Notes: a model not told the origin generated them from the sequence alone. 64,000 nt of DNA from Gammaproteobacteria bacterium (GCA_965215365.1 CBDCDS010000003.1:2112001-2176000), one strand, 5' to 3'; positions 43,526 to 53,297 are shown, counted from the first letter of the stretch. Numbers and translations are program-made.

Positions 43526-44809
43526 TTATTCAACCGGTGCTCCCGCCTGGTACCAGCGGGCTATGAGATCGCGTTCTGCGTCCGTTATCTGTGTCAGGTT
43601 TGCCAGTGGCATGGTCTTGCTGATGACGGTGCTGGCATGTATTCGCTTCGTCCATTGCCGGATTTGTTCGGGGGTGTCGAACATTATGCCTCTGGGCGCG
43701 ACCGGGGCGGTGGGGTGGTTGGGGGTGGCGGAGTGGCAGCTGTTACAGCGTTGTGTGATCACCTCCCGCACCTCTGCAAACGATACGGGAGTCTGAACCG
43801 GTGCGGTTGCTGCCTGCTGCGAGGCGTCATCGGACGCAGACATAGCTTCGGCAGCGGGGGAGGCTTCAGAGGCAGATTCAGGGACGGATGCGGGAGTGGA
43901 TTCAAAGGCAGATTTGGGGATGGCGATGAACGCGGCCAGACCGAGCAGCAGCAGGGCGATGATGACCAAAATAGGCGCCGGACGGCCCTGGTTTTTCAGG
44001 TTGAAGAAATGCCGCAGCAGCACCCCGGCACTGAAGATGATAATGAGCAGCAACCAGTTGTATGCGTGTGCATAAGTGATGGGGTAGTGCGGGCTGAGCA
44101 TGACGAACAGCACCGGCAGGGTAAGGTAGTTATTATGCACCGAGCGTTGCTTGCCGCGCAGGCCCGGCTGCGGGTCCGGTTCTTCACCGCGTTGTTTGGC
44201 GCGCACCAGCTCGCGCTGTCCCGGAATGATGATGAAGAACACGTTGGCAACCATAATGGTGCCGAGCATGGCGCCGAGCTGAATATAGGTGCCGCGCCCG
44301 CTGAACAGGTGCGAGACAAAATAAGCCACCAGCGCCAGCAACAGGAAACCGAGCAACGCGATACGGGCGTCACTCAGGCCACTTCTGCATAACAGATCGT
44401 AGCCGATCCAGGACGCCGGCAGCAAGCCGATGCTGATGGCAATCGCCATGAATGGCGTAATGTCAGCAACTGTTTTATCAATCAGATACACCTCTGCATT
44501 GAGGTAATACATCAGCACCAGAAGGGCAAACCCGGTGAGCCAGGTGGTGTAAGCCTCCCACTTGAACCAGTGCAACGGCTGCGGCAACTCGCCCGGCGCC
44601 AGCCGATACTTCTGCGCATGGTAAAAGCCGCCGCCGTGCACCGCCCACAGGTCGCCGGCCACCGCCTCGTCCTCCGGGTCGCGAGCCGGGACATTGAGGT
44701 TCAGGTCGAGCCAGACGAAATAAAACGAGGAACCGATCCAGGCAATCCCCACGATCAGGTGCGCCCAGCGCAGCAGCAGGTTCAACCATTCGAGAAGGTA
44801 CGCTTCCAT
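43526..44809 (-). CDS. puuD: Urate hydroxylase PuuD (membrane domain plus C-terminal cytochrome c)
   Basis: RWAHLIVGIAWIGSSFYF, WAVHGGGFY, WFKWEAY, HNNYLTLP, CNSCH heme motif. Confidence 0.9.
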   Translation of the reverse strand: MEAYLLEWLNLLLRWAHLIVGIAWIGSSFYFVWLDLNLNVPARDPEDEAVAGDLWAVHGGGFYHAQKYRLAPGELPQPLHWFKWEAYTTWLTGFALLVLMYYLNAEVYLIDKTVADITPFMAIAISIGLLPASWIGYDLLCRSGLSDARIALLGFLLLALVAYFVSHLFSGRGTYIQLGAMLGTIMVANVFFIIIPGQRELVRAKQRGEEPDPQPGLRGKQRSVHNNYLTLPVLFVMLSPHYPITYAHAYNWLLLIIIFSAGVLLRHFFNLKNQGRPAPILVIIALLLLGLAAFIAIPKSAFESTPASVPESASEASPAAEAMSASDDASQQAATAPVQTPVSFAEVREVITQRCNSCHSATPNHPTAPVAPRGIMFDTPEQIRQWTKRIHASTVISKTMPLANLTQITDAERDLIARWYQAGAPVE

Positions 44810-44875
44810 GATTTGATTATAAGCCGTATTTGACTGGAATCCCGTTGCTACGGGAGTGGCGCCGAGTTAGAAGAA

Positions 44876-45979
44876 TCACCCGTGCTGACCTGCATCAGCT
44901 GCGGATTTTATCTCCAGCAACTGAGCGGCGACGGCGATGGCGATGGCGGCGGGGGCTTTTGCTGTTATGCCGGGGATGCCGATGGGGCAGGTCAGATGTT
45001 GCAGTTGTGCCGCGCTGAGCCCTTGCTGGCGCAGTCTTTGCAGGAAACGGCGACGCTTGGTGGCCGAGCCGATGAGGCCGAGGAAGGCAAGGTCGGCGCG
45101 GCGCAACAGGGCCGCACACAAGTCCTGGTCGAGTTGATGGTCGTGGGTCATCACCAGGCAATACGCCCGTTCCGGCAGAGTTTCGACCACGGCCGACGGG
45201 TTTTCGGCGAGGCGGGCCGACACGTTGACCGGCAACTCTGACGGAAACTGCTCGGGACGGCTGTCCACCCAGGTGATTTGGCAATCCGGGACGTTGGCCA
45301 GGACCTTGACCAGCGCCGTGCCGACATGGCCGGCGCCGAACAGGACGACCTGGAAGCCGCGTGGCGCGAGCACTTCAAAAAACAACGCGTCGGTGGTGTC
45401 CGGCAGGGTTGATTTTGTCTCGACCAAAGAGTGCAACAAGGCGGTTTGTCGGGCTGTTTTTGGGTCTTTTGCAGCGCCCAGTAACGCTTGTGCCTGATCT
45501 GTTGCGAGTTCATCCAATACCTTATCGCCCAGGCTGCCGCGGGCGCCGGCGGCGGTAACAATAAGCTTTTCCGCGGGCTGTGGCTCAGTCCCTGTGGTCC
45601 TGCTGACCAGGATTGCCCGGGTGTTATCCCGTTCAAACTGCGCCGCCGCTTGCAGCCAGTCGCGCGGCGCTGTGAGTACTTCAAAATGCAGAAACACCGC
45701 GCCGCCGCAGCATTGTTGCAGCATGGGGCCGAGGGGGAACAATTCGAGAAACCGTGGCGCGCCCGCCGCTGCGGCGTCATCCAGCCGGGCCCGGGCGATA
45801 CGCAGCGCGGCAAATTCAAGATTGCCGCCGCCGATGGTGCCCGTCACCTGCGTCGCAGTGACCAACATACGCGCGCCGGGCTCACGCGGCGCCGACCCGG
45901 CGCTGTGCGCGACCGTGACCAGCACACAGGGGCGACCTGCGGCGACCTGCGCCTGTATTGCTGAAAAATAATGATTCAC
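44876..45979 (-). CDS. xdhC: Xanthine dehydrogenase accessory protein XdhC
   Basis: GSAPRE.GARM, GTIGGGNLE, QCCGG, FGAGHVG, MTHDH, GLIGS, CPIG. Confidence 0.93.
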   Translation of the reverse strand: MNHYFSAIQAQVAAGRPCVLVTVAHSAGSAPREPGARMLVTATQVTGTIGGGNLEFAALRIARARLDDAAAAGAPRFLELFPLGPMLQQCCGGAVFLHFEVLTAPRDWLQAAAQFERDNTRAILVSRTTGTEPQPAEKLIVTAAGARGSLGDKVLDELATDQAQALLGAAKDPKTARQTALLHSLVETKSTLPDTTDALFFEVLAPRGFQVVLFGAGHVGTALVKVLANVPDCQITWVDSRPEQFPSELPVNVSARLAENPSAVVETLPERAYCLVMTHDHQLDQDLCAALLRRADLAFLGLIGSATKRRRFLQRLRQQGLSAAQLQHLTCPIGIPGITAKAPAAIAIAVAAQLLEIKSAADAGQHG

Positions 45980-46006
45980 GGCAGGATTGTACTCATCGAG
46001 AAGGCG

Positions 46007-48304
46007 CTAACTACCCGGTATACAATCCAACACCTGTTCCGGGGTCGCCGGCGCGTTTAACACCGGCCTTGACCCGGAACCATGCACTGAAGCGATGGCA
46101 TCTTTCAGCGCGTGAAACACTGATATGCCCAGCATGAAGGGCGGTTCCCCCACGGCCTTGGAACGGTAGATAGTCTGTTCCCGGTTCCGCCCCCAGTCTA
46201 TCAGTTCCACGTTAAATTCCCGCGGCCAGTCGCTGACGGTGGGGATTTTGTAGGTGGACGGCGCATGGGTCATTAACCGGCCGGCGCTGTCCCACCATAA
46301 TTCCTCGCCGGTGAGCCAGCCAGCGCCTTGCAGAAAGCCGCCTTCGACCTGCCCTAAGTCGATAGCCGGGTTCAGCGAGGCGCCGGCATCATGCAGGATG
46401 TCCACCCGCAGTATGCGGTGCTCGCCGGTGAGGGTATCGAGCATCACCTCGCTGACCGCGGCGCCGTAGGCAAAATAGAAAAACGGGCGGCCGGTCAGGG
46501 TCTGCGGGTCGTAATTGAGCTTGGGCGTGCGGTAATAGCCGGTCGCAGACAGGGAAATGCGCGCCAGGTAAGCCTGCTCACACAACTCGGCAAAATCGAG
46601 CAACTGCTCCCCCACCCGCACCCCGGACGGCGTAAAACGCACCTGCGTGCGCGGCACGCAATAATGCTCTGCGGCAAACTTTGTCAGGCGGCGGCGGATG
46701 GTGACGGCTGCCGCCCGGGCCGCCATGCCGTTTAAGTCACTGCCGGAAGAGGCCGCCGTGGCGGAGGTGTTCGGCACCTTGCTGGTATTGGCCGCGGTGC
46801 ACTTGATGCGACCCTGATCGACCTGGAGCTCTGCGGCAATGACCTGGGCTACCTTGGTATATAACCCCTGCCCCATCTCGGTGCCGCCGTGGTTGAGCAT
46901 GATACTGCCGTCGCGGTAGATATGCAGTAACGCGCCGGCCTGATTATAGAAGGTGGCGGTAAACGAAATCCCGAACTTCACCGGGGTCAGCGCGATGCCT
47001 CGTCTGAGCGTCCCGCCCTCGGCATTGTACGCCTGCAGCGCCTGACGCCGCTCCCGGTAAGCGGATTTTTGTTCCAGCTCATCGGTCAGTTCGCGGATGA
47101 TATTGTCTTCCACCGTCATGCGATATGGCGTGATGTTGCGCTCCCGCTTACCATAGAAGTTGATTTTGCGCACATCCAGCGCGTCCTTGTCAAGAAAACG
47201 GGCAATGTCATCCATGATGTTCTCAATGCCCATCATCCCCTGGGGGCCGCCGAACCCGCGGAAGGCCACGTTGGAGGCCTTGTGAGTCTTGCAGCGGTGA
47301 GAGGTGATACGCACCTGTTCCAGGAAATAGCAGTTGTCACTGTGGAACATGGCGCGTACGTTAATGGGACCGGACAGGTCTGCCGAACGCCCGCAATCCG
47401 AGGCCAGTTCCAGGGTCAGGCCGCGAATGCGACCGCTGGCATCGAAGCCGACCTGGTAGTCAATACGGAAGGCGTGGCGTTTGCCGGTGATAGTCATGTC
47501 GGCGTCACGATCAACCCGCAATTTCACGGCCCGCCCGGTCTTGTGCGCGGCCACTGCGGCAATCACCGCGAACAGGGCCGGCGTGGTTTCCTTGCCACCG
47601 AAACCGCCGCCCATGCGTCGGCATTCAACCACCACATCCTTGGACGATTTGCCCAGCGCATGCGCGACCAGATGTTGCACCTCGGTGGGATGCTGGGTGG
47701 AAGCCTGAACCAGCGTGGCGCCGTCTTCGCGGGGATGGGCAACGGCGACCTGCCCTTCCAGGTAGAAGTGGTCCTGACCACCGGTACGCAGGCGCCCTTG
47801 CAGTCGGTGTGGCGCCGCGGCGATGGCCTGCTCCGGTTCGCCGCGCACCAGGGTCTGTGACGGCAACACGAAGGACTGCTGTGCCAGGGCTGTGTCGAGG
47901 TCCGCAATGGCCGGCAGTTCTTCGTAGTCAATGCGGGCGTGGCGCGCAGCCTGACGCGCGTGCAGCACGCTGTCGGCCAGCACTGCGAACACAGACTGCC
48001 CGACGTATTCCACCAGGTCGTCGGCAAACACGGGATCATCCGCCACCATCGGACCGTGGTTGTTGTCACCGGGAATGTCAGCAGCGCTGAGCACCGCCAC
48101 GACGCCCGGCGCGGCGCGCACTGCGGAGAGGTCGATATGTCGGATGCGAGCATGGGCTTTGGCGCTGCAACCGATGGCTGCGTACAACATCCCGCGCGGT
48201 TCCGGCTGATCATCCGTGTATTCGGCAGCCCCGCTGACATGCAAGTGTGCGCTCTCATGCGCTAACGTCTGGCCGACGCCAGAGATTTTTTTCCTGTCTG
48301 TCAT
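46007..48304 (-). CDS. xdhB: Xanthine dehydrogenase molybdopterin-binding subunit
   Basis: GGQDHFYLE, RMGGGFGGKE, AFRGFGGPQG, GGTEMGQG, SKAVGEPP. Confidence 0.96.
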   Translation of the reverse strand: MTDRKKISGVGQTLAHESAHLHVSGAAEYTDDQPEPRGMLYAAIGCSAKAHARIRHIDLSAVRAAPGVVAVLSAADIPGDNNHGPMVADDPVFADDLVEYVGQSVFAVLADSVLHARQAARHARIDYEELPAIADLDTALAQQSFVLPSQTLVRGEPEQAIAAAPHRLQGRLRTGGQDHFYLEGQVAVAHPREDGATLVQASTQHPTEVQHLVAHALGKSSKDVVVECRRMGGGFGGKETTPALFAVIAAVAAHKTGRAVKLRVDRDADMTITGKRHAFRIDYQVGFDASGRIRGLTLELASDCGRSADLSGPINVRAMFHSDNCYFLEQVRITSHRCKTHKASNVAFRGFGGPQGMMGIENIMDDIARFLDKDALDVRKINFYGKRERNITPYRMTVEDNIIRELTDELEQKSAYRERRQALQAYNAEGGTLRRGIALTPVKFGISFTATFYNQAGALLHIYRDGSIMLNHGGTEMGQGLYTKVAQVIAAELQVDQGRIKCTAANTSKVPNTSATAASSGSDLNGMAARAAAVTIRRRLTKFAAEHYCVPRTQVRFTPSGVRVGEQLLDFAELCEQAYLARISLSATGYYRTPKLNYDPQTLTGRPFFYFAYGAAVSEVMLDTLTGEHRILRVDILHDAGASLNPAIDLGQVEGGFLQGAGWLTGEELWWDSAGRLMTHAPSTYKIPTVSDWPREFNVELIDWGRNREQTIYRSKAVGEPPFMLGISVFHALKDAIASVHGSGSRPVLNAPATPEQVLDCIPGS

Positions 48305-48350
48305 GGCAATATCAGTGCGAGCGCCTCAGTGCAAGCGCCTTGGCCGCTGC

Positions 48351-49877
48351 TTACGACGCCCATATTGAAGCCTTGACGCCTGTGGTTTCCAGGTAAAACC
48401 GTTGCAGCAGGTTAGCAGCCACGCGGCGGCGGTAGCTGTCTGTGGCGCGCATATCGGTTAACGGTTGATAATCCTCTGCCAGCGCCGCCATGGCCGTTGC
48501 CAGCGTTGTCTCATTCCAGGGCTGGCCGCGTAACGCCGCTTCGCAGCGCCGCGCCCGTTGCGGCACGGCCGCCATACCGCCGTAGCAGATACGCGCCTCA
48601 ACCACCTTATCCTGCTGCAAGCGCAGGAAACAGGCGCCGCAGACTGCGGAGATGTCCTGGTCGTAACGCTTGGCGACCTTAAAAGAACGAAAATGCCAGT
48701 CGGCGGCGGGGCGCCGCGGCACGCGTACCGCTTGCACAAACTCGGAAGGTTGCAGGGCGGTTTCACGGTAGCCCAGGTAAAACTCGTCCAGCGGCAGGGC
48801 GCGCGTCCAGCCGCCGCGCCGCAGCGCCAGTTCTGCACCCAGGCTGATCAGCGCCGGCATGGAATCGCCGATGGGTGAGCCATTGGCAATGTTGCCGCAC
48901 AAGGTGCCGGCATTACGGATCGGTGGCGAGGCAAACCGACGCGTGATTTCAAACAGTTCGGGATAGTGTTCAACCAGGGTCGCAAACGCATCGGTAAGGC
49001 AGGTTGCGGCGCCGATTTCGATATGTTCCTGGGTTGTTTTGATGTAGTCCAGCTCAGCCACGCCACCCAGGTAAATAATCATGGGCAATGCGCGATACTG
49101 CTTGGTCACCCACAAACCCACATCGGTGCCGCCGGCCAGGATAGTGGCTTGCGGGTGGCGCAACAAAAGTTGAGTCAGTTCGGTCATGCTATGCGGTGCA
49201 AAATAGTGTTCTGCGGCATCTTCCCGGGAGTCTTGTGCGGGCGGCAATTCCAACGCGCCGTCAGGCCGCAGCTGCTCGAGTTGCCGCAGCAAGTCCGGCT
49301 CAGCAAGCAGGTCGCGGCCGTAATCGTGCATTTTTTGCGCGGCGCTGATGATGGGCCGGTAGCCGGTGCAGCGACACAGGTTGCCGGACAGCGCATCCTC
49401 GATTTGTGCCCGCGTCGGGCTGGTATTATGCCGGTACAGGGCAAACAGTGACATCACAAAACCGGGGGTGCAGAAACCGCACTGGGAGGCATGACAGTCC
49501 ACCATGGCCTGTTGCACCGGATGCAGGCCGGCGCCACTGAGTCGGGACAGGCTTTCCACGGTATATAAGGCCTTGCCGTCCAGGGTCGGGAGGAACTTTA
49601 TGCAGGAATTGACGGCGCGAAAGCGCACCTGCTGTGGCGCCCCCGCCTCATCCGGCACATCGGCTGCAAGCTCGGCCAGGACTACGGTGCAGGCGCCGCA
49701 ATCGCCCTCGGCACAACCTTCCTTGGAGCCGCTGCGCTGCAATGTTTCCCTGAGGTAATTCAGGATGGTGGTAGTCGGCGCAACATCCGTCACTTCATGC
49801 ACGCGCCCATCCAACAGGAAACGTATAGCCCCATGTTGTCCGGCTTTAAGAAATGGCTTAACCATCGGCCTGCTCAA
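48351..49877 (-). CDS. xdhA: Xanthine dehydrogenase small (FeS/FAD) subunit
   Basis: [41 protein letters not shown]; start may be 49865. Confidence 0.95.
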   Translation of the reverse strand: MSRPMVKPFLKAGQHGAIRFLLDGRVHEVTDVAPTTTILNYLRETLQRSGSKEGCAEGDCGACTVVLAELAADVPDEAGAPQQVRFRAVNSCIKFLPTLDGKALYTVESLSRLSGAGLHPVQQAMVDCHASQCGFCTPGFVMSLFALYRHNTSPTRAQIEDALSGNLCRCTGYRPIISAAQKMHDYGRDLLAEPDLLRQLEQLRPDGALELPPAQDSREDAAEHYFAPHSMTELTQLLLRHPQATILAGGTDVGLWVTKQYRALPMIIYLGGVAELDYIKTTQEHIEIGAATCLTDAFATLVEHYPELFEITRRFASPPIRNAGTLCGNIANGSPIGDSMPALISLGAELALRRGGWTRALPLDEFYLGYRETALQPSEFVQAVRVPRRPAADWHFRSFKVAKRYDQDISAVCGACFLRLQQDKVVEARICYGGMAAVPQRARRCEAALRGQPWNETTLATAMAALAEDYQPLTDMRATDSYRRRVAANLLQRFYLETTGVKASIWAS

Positions 49878-50218
49878 CTACCGCGATACGTGCTGTAACT
49901 CCAGGGCGAAACCAGCAACGGCACGTGGTAGCGCCCGGCGGCAGTCATGCCGAAGCGCAAGCTGACCTGGTCCAGAAAAGGCGGGTCCGGCAGTTCCACC
50001 CCCTGCGCACGGAAATACTCAGCGGTGTGGAACACCAGCTCCCACAGGCCGGCCCGGCAATCCTGCGTCTCCAACAGTGGCTTATCACAACGCCCGTCGT
50101 GGTTGGTGACGACAGTTTTCACCAGGGTGCGTGCAGCCGCCGCTATGGCATACAACTCAATACTCATACCCACGGCCGGCAAGCCCTGAGCGGTATCGAG
50201 CACATGTGTGGTTAACAT
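49874..50218 (-). CDS. uraH: 5-hydroxyisourate hydrolase
   Basis: [30 protein letters not shown]. Confidence 0.95.
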   Translation of the reverse strand: MLTTHVLDTAQGLPAVGMSIELYAIAAAARTLVKTVVTNHDGRCDKPLLETQDCRAGLWELVFHTAEYFRAQGVELPDPPFLDQVSLRFGMTAAGRYHVPLLVSPWSYSTYRGS

Positions 50219-50290
50219 CGGGGTTCGGGGATTTGTGGTAACGGGTATCAGGGGGGATAATAGCATTATTGAACCAATCCGGCACGATCT

Positions 50291-51422
50291 TGTCCAGGTT
50301 CAATACATATGAGACTCAGAGGCAGGCTGTGTGAGTTGTTGATAATACTCCATTGGGGTTAATAAACCAATACCGTTATGCGGGCGGTAGGTATTGTAGT
50401 ATTGCTGATACTCTGCCAGTTTGCGGTTGATGGCGGCCACGGTCAGTGGACCCTCGTAGAACGGATAGAACTCATAGCGGCTGGTGGCGTTGGCGCGTTC
50501 TACACAGCCGTTGTATTCGGGTTTTTTCGGGGGCAGCACGTACAGGGGGATTCCTAAGTCCTGGCAAGCCTGCTCGAACTCATCTCGGAACTCCGAGCCG
50601 CCATCGACCTGGATAGAACGGATGGGAAACGGCGCCTCACCGAGCAGCGCTTTTAAGAAGCGCCGGGCATTGCCACTGGTGGCCCGACTGTAGGCTCGCA
50701 GCGCACTCCATTTGCTCACCGGACAGACGGCCTTGAACTCCTTCACCGTGATGCCGTCCGTGAAGCCGACACTCATGTGGTCTATCTGCATCAACTCCCC
50801 TGGCGCCTTAGCCTTCATCCCGTAGCGCCAGCGCTTGGCATGATGGGTAAACGCCCGGCGGCGCTTAGGCTTCACCCGGCCATAGTAAAACGCCACCGGC
50901 TTGACCCGACCCAGCCGCACCAGCTTCGCCACGATGCGCCCGACCGTACTCTCGCTCAAAGTCCAGCCCTGCTCGCGCACCCCCACCCGCCAGAGCTTAC
51001 GCTTACCCCATAACGGATAACGTTGGCGAAGGTGCAAGACCTGCTGCTCGTGCTGGCGCGTCCATTGCGGCACACGCCGCCGCCGCGGCGCACGAGAGCC
51101 ACACCCCAGACCCTTCAGCCCATGTTCACGATACCGCTTCAACCAACGGTAGTAGGTCGCCCTCGACCAACCTACTGCTGCCAGTGCCGTCGCCTCACCA
51201 CACCCATCCTCGCGTAACGTCGCAACCAATTCCAACTGCTTCAAACGACCGCGCGCGTCAGCATCGGTAGTATCATCGACGCGCCAACTGCGATATGATT
51301 TCACCCGCAGGCTTTTGATCTGCATCGGGTAGTCCTCCTGTGTCAATTAGTTGAGATTAATTCACACACAGACTACCCGATTTCTTTATCTAAAGAGTCT
51401 CACTTGTTTCTGAACCCGGACA
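50291..51422 (-). mobile_element. IS481-family insertion sequence, copy 2 (1132 bp), inserted in a MITE-A fragment
   Basis: Same TGT...ACA ends and length as copy 1; 5-bp duplication GATCT (50286-50290, 51423-51427); flanks 50271-50290 and 51428-51453 rejoin as a reversed MITE-A left end. Confidence 0.92.
50300..51346 (-). CDS. IS481-family DDE transposase
   Basis: 348 aa, six residues different from the 9099-10145 protein. Confidence 0.92.
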   Translation of the reverse strand: MTQEDYPMQIKSLRVKSYRSWRVDDTTDADARGRLKQLELVATLREDGCGEATALAAVGWSRATYYRWLKRYREHGLKGLGCGSRAPRRRRVPQWTRQHEQQVLHLRQRYPLWGKRKLWRVGVREQGWTLSESTVGRIVAKLVRLGRVKPVAFYYGRVKPKRRRAFTHHAKRWRYGMKAKAPGELMQIDHMSVGFTDGITVKEFKAVCPVSKWSALRAYSRATSGNARRFLKALLGEAPFPIRSIQVDGGSEFRDEFEQACQDLGIPLYVLPPKKPEYNGCVERANATSRYEFYPFYEGPLTVAAINRKLAEYQQYYNTYRPHNGIGLLTPMEYYQQLTQPASESHMY

Positions 51423-51462
51423 GATCTTCGCATCACTTGGTGAGATCTGCGGGCTATGTCCC

Positions 51463-51912
51463 TCACTTGCTCCAGCGCAGCCTGACCCGCAGCCGCCGTA
51501 AAGTCTGCGCGTCCAGGTTGTCGTGGGTCAGGACGCAGCAACGGGTGCGTCCGCCGGGTTCACGGAAACACAGGACGAGCAGCCGGGGGTGCACCAGGGC
51601 GCCGGGTAACAGGCGCAGCGGTACGGCTTCCTGCCCGGCTTGCAACAGTTGCCAGCGATCGTGCCGGTCCAGTTGTAAACAGAGCGGTTGCGGATACAGC
51701 ACGCGCTGCAGGTAACAACCGTAATGGCCCACAATAACTGCCGTGACCAGCACGCTGACGGCAAGCGACAGCTGCGCCAGGAACAGGCAGAACACAGCCC
51801 CGCCATGGAGCGCGGAATTAAACGCGGCAACCTGCCCTGAAGGCCGGTAATGGATCAGGAGCGGCAGTTCAAATGGAGAAGTTTGGGGAGATTCCATTCT
51901 GTTATGGCTCAT
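51463..51912 (-). CDS. ygfX: YgfX-like membrane protein
   Basis: Two N-terminal TM segments; C-terminal D.LD....RRLRVRLRW motif. Confidence 0.7.
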   Translation of the reverse strand: MSHNRMESPQTSPFELPLLIHYRPSGQVAAFNSALHGGAVFCLFLAQLSLAVSVLVTAVIVGHYGCYLQRVLYPQPLCLQLDRHDRWQLLQAGQEAVPLRLLPGALVHPRLLVLCFREPGGRTRCCVLTHDNLDAQTLRRLRVRLRWSK

Positions 51913-51997
51913 GTATACTTAATGATTATCCGCAGATAACGCAGATGTACGCAGATTAACATGGATCAGGCTCTTAAATGCAACTCCTGTCCGTCTG

Positions 51998-52038
51998 GCT
52001 CTTCGTCATTCCGGGTCAGGCCCGGAATGACGAAGAGC
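51998..52038. repeat. REP-like 18-bp perfect hairpin
   Basis: GCTCTTCGTCATTCCGGG-TCAGG-CCCGGAATGACGAAGAGC. Confidence 0.8.
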
Positions 52039-52063
52039 GAACAAGAACGAGGAAAGGTATCAG

Positions 52064-52255
52064 ATGAACAAACAAGAAACGAACCAGCACAGGATACAGC
52101 CTGTACGCAGCCGTCTGCACACGGACGAGAAGGAGAATAAGCCCAAAGAGAATAGACCCCAGGAGAGTAAGCCAGAGGAAACCGGCGGCCCCAAAGGGCC
52201 GGAGCCTACCCGTTACGGCGACTGGGAGCGGAACGGCCGCTGTGTCGATTTTTGA
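52064..52255 (+). CDS. DUF1674 / succinate dehydrogenase assembly factor 4-like protein
   Basis: C-terminal GGPKGPEPTRYGDWERNGRCVDF signature; upstream of sdhCDAB. Confidence 0.88.
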   Translation: MNKQETNQHRIQPVRSRLHTDEKENKPKENRPQESKPEETGGPKGPEPTRYGDWERNGRCVDF

Positions 52256-53297
52256 ACATATAGCCCGCAGGCAGAACCAATCCGGCGCGATCTTTGCATC
52301 ACCTGGTGAGAGCTGCGGGCTGGCCCGGCCCTGGTGTGTTGTCCTGGCGCTGGTTATAACGCCCTTCCCGGTGGCCGGCGCCGACCGTGCCTTCACCCTG
52401 GCAAGCTGGAATATCGAGCACCTCGCAGCTGCGGACGGCCAAGGCTGCCGGGAGCGGGATGGCACCGAGTATCAGGCCATCAGGCGTTATCTTGAACAAA
52501 TCCGAGCCGATGTGATCGCGTTTCAGGAAGTGGAAAACCAGCGAGCGGCTGCGCGTATTTTCCCGGCGGCGGACTACGACGTTTATATTTCCACCCGGCC
52601 TACCCGGACCTTCTCGCAATGCTACGACGGCCCCAACCGCCGGCTGATGCAACGCACCGGGTTTGCCGTGCGCAAGGACATTGGCAACCGCCTGGGGCTG
52701 CGAGCGGTGCGCCAAGCCGATGTCAAGGCGCTGCAAGGCGCTCATGATTCCGGGCGTTGGGGGGTTTACCTGGTACTGGAACCGACCGCCGGGGAACGCG
52801 TTCGGCCGACCTCTACCGCTTCAACAGCGGGCCCGGCGCAGCCTGTGCGGGCACCGTTACACCTGCTCTCCATCCATCTCAAGTCGAGCTGTACCTACCA
52901 GTCCTGGCACAGGCGCAAGGCCAACAATAACTGCCGTCTGCTGTGGCAACAGGTCGAGGTATTGGCCGACTGGATCGGCGCCCGCGCCGATGCCGGGCAG
53001 GATTTCATCATCGCCGGCGATTTTAACCGTCAACTCGACCAGTTAAGTGATGAGGTCTGGCTGCACTTGGAATCCGGCACCGACAACGCCTATGTGGACC
53101 TGGAAAAAGTGCTACACGGTATGAAACACCCGAAGCCCTATAACCGCAAATACCCATTCGCCATCGACCATGTAATCTACAATCAGACGCTGGACGCCCT
53201 GGCAATCGAACAGCAGACCTATTTTGACCTGCGCGCGGCGCCCTATTCTGACCACCTGCCGCTTATCAGCGTATTTGAGATGGTTTTCCACAAGTAA
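52242..53297 (+). CDS. Endonuclease/exonuclease/phosphatase-family protein, probably exported
   Basis: SWNIE, AFQEV, HLKS, AGDFNR, IDH, SDH motifs; hydrophobic signal-like stretch; start uncertain because of a MITE fragment. Confidence 0.85.
   Translation: MSIFEHIARRQNQSGAIFASPGESCGLARPWCVVLALVITPFPVAGADRAFTLASWNIEHLAAADGQGCRERDGTEYQAIRRYLEQIRADVIAFQEVENQRAAARIFPAADYDVYISTRPTRTFSQCYDGPNRRLMQRTGFAVRKDIGNRLGLRAVRQADVKALQGAHDSGRWGVYLVLEPTAGERVRPTSTASTAGPAQPVRAPLHLLSIHLKSSCTYQSWHRRKANNNCRLLWQQVEVLADWIGARADAGQDFIIAGDFNRQLDQLSDEVWLHLESGTDNAYVDLEKVLHGMKHPKPYNRKYPFAIDHVIYNQTLDALAIEQQTYFDLRAAPYSDHLPLISVFEMVFHK
52264..52319. repeat. 56-bp mini MITE-A (reversed left end closed by the internal IR)
   Basis: CCCGCAGGCAGAACCAATCCGGCGCGATCTTTGCATCACCTGGTGAGAGCTGCGGG is similar to the reverse complement of 22874-22929. 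Confidence 0.8.

Noticed and set aside
43511-44392. Long antisense ORFs (here, 54541-55428, 36612-37343, 47069-47860 and others)
   Set aside because: Shadows of well-supported genes in GC-rich DNA, with no recognisable motifs
48313-48340. 14-bp direct repeat between xdhA and xdhB
   Set aside because: Two short copies only; most likely local slippage
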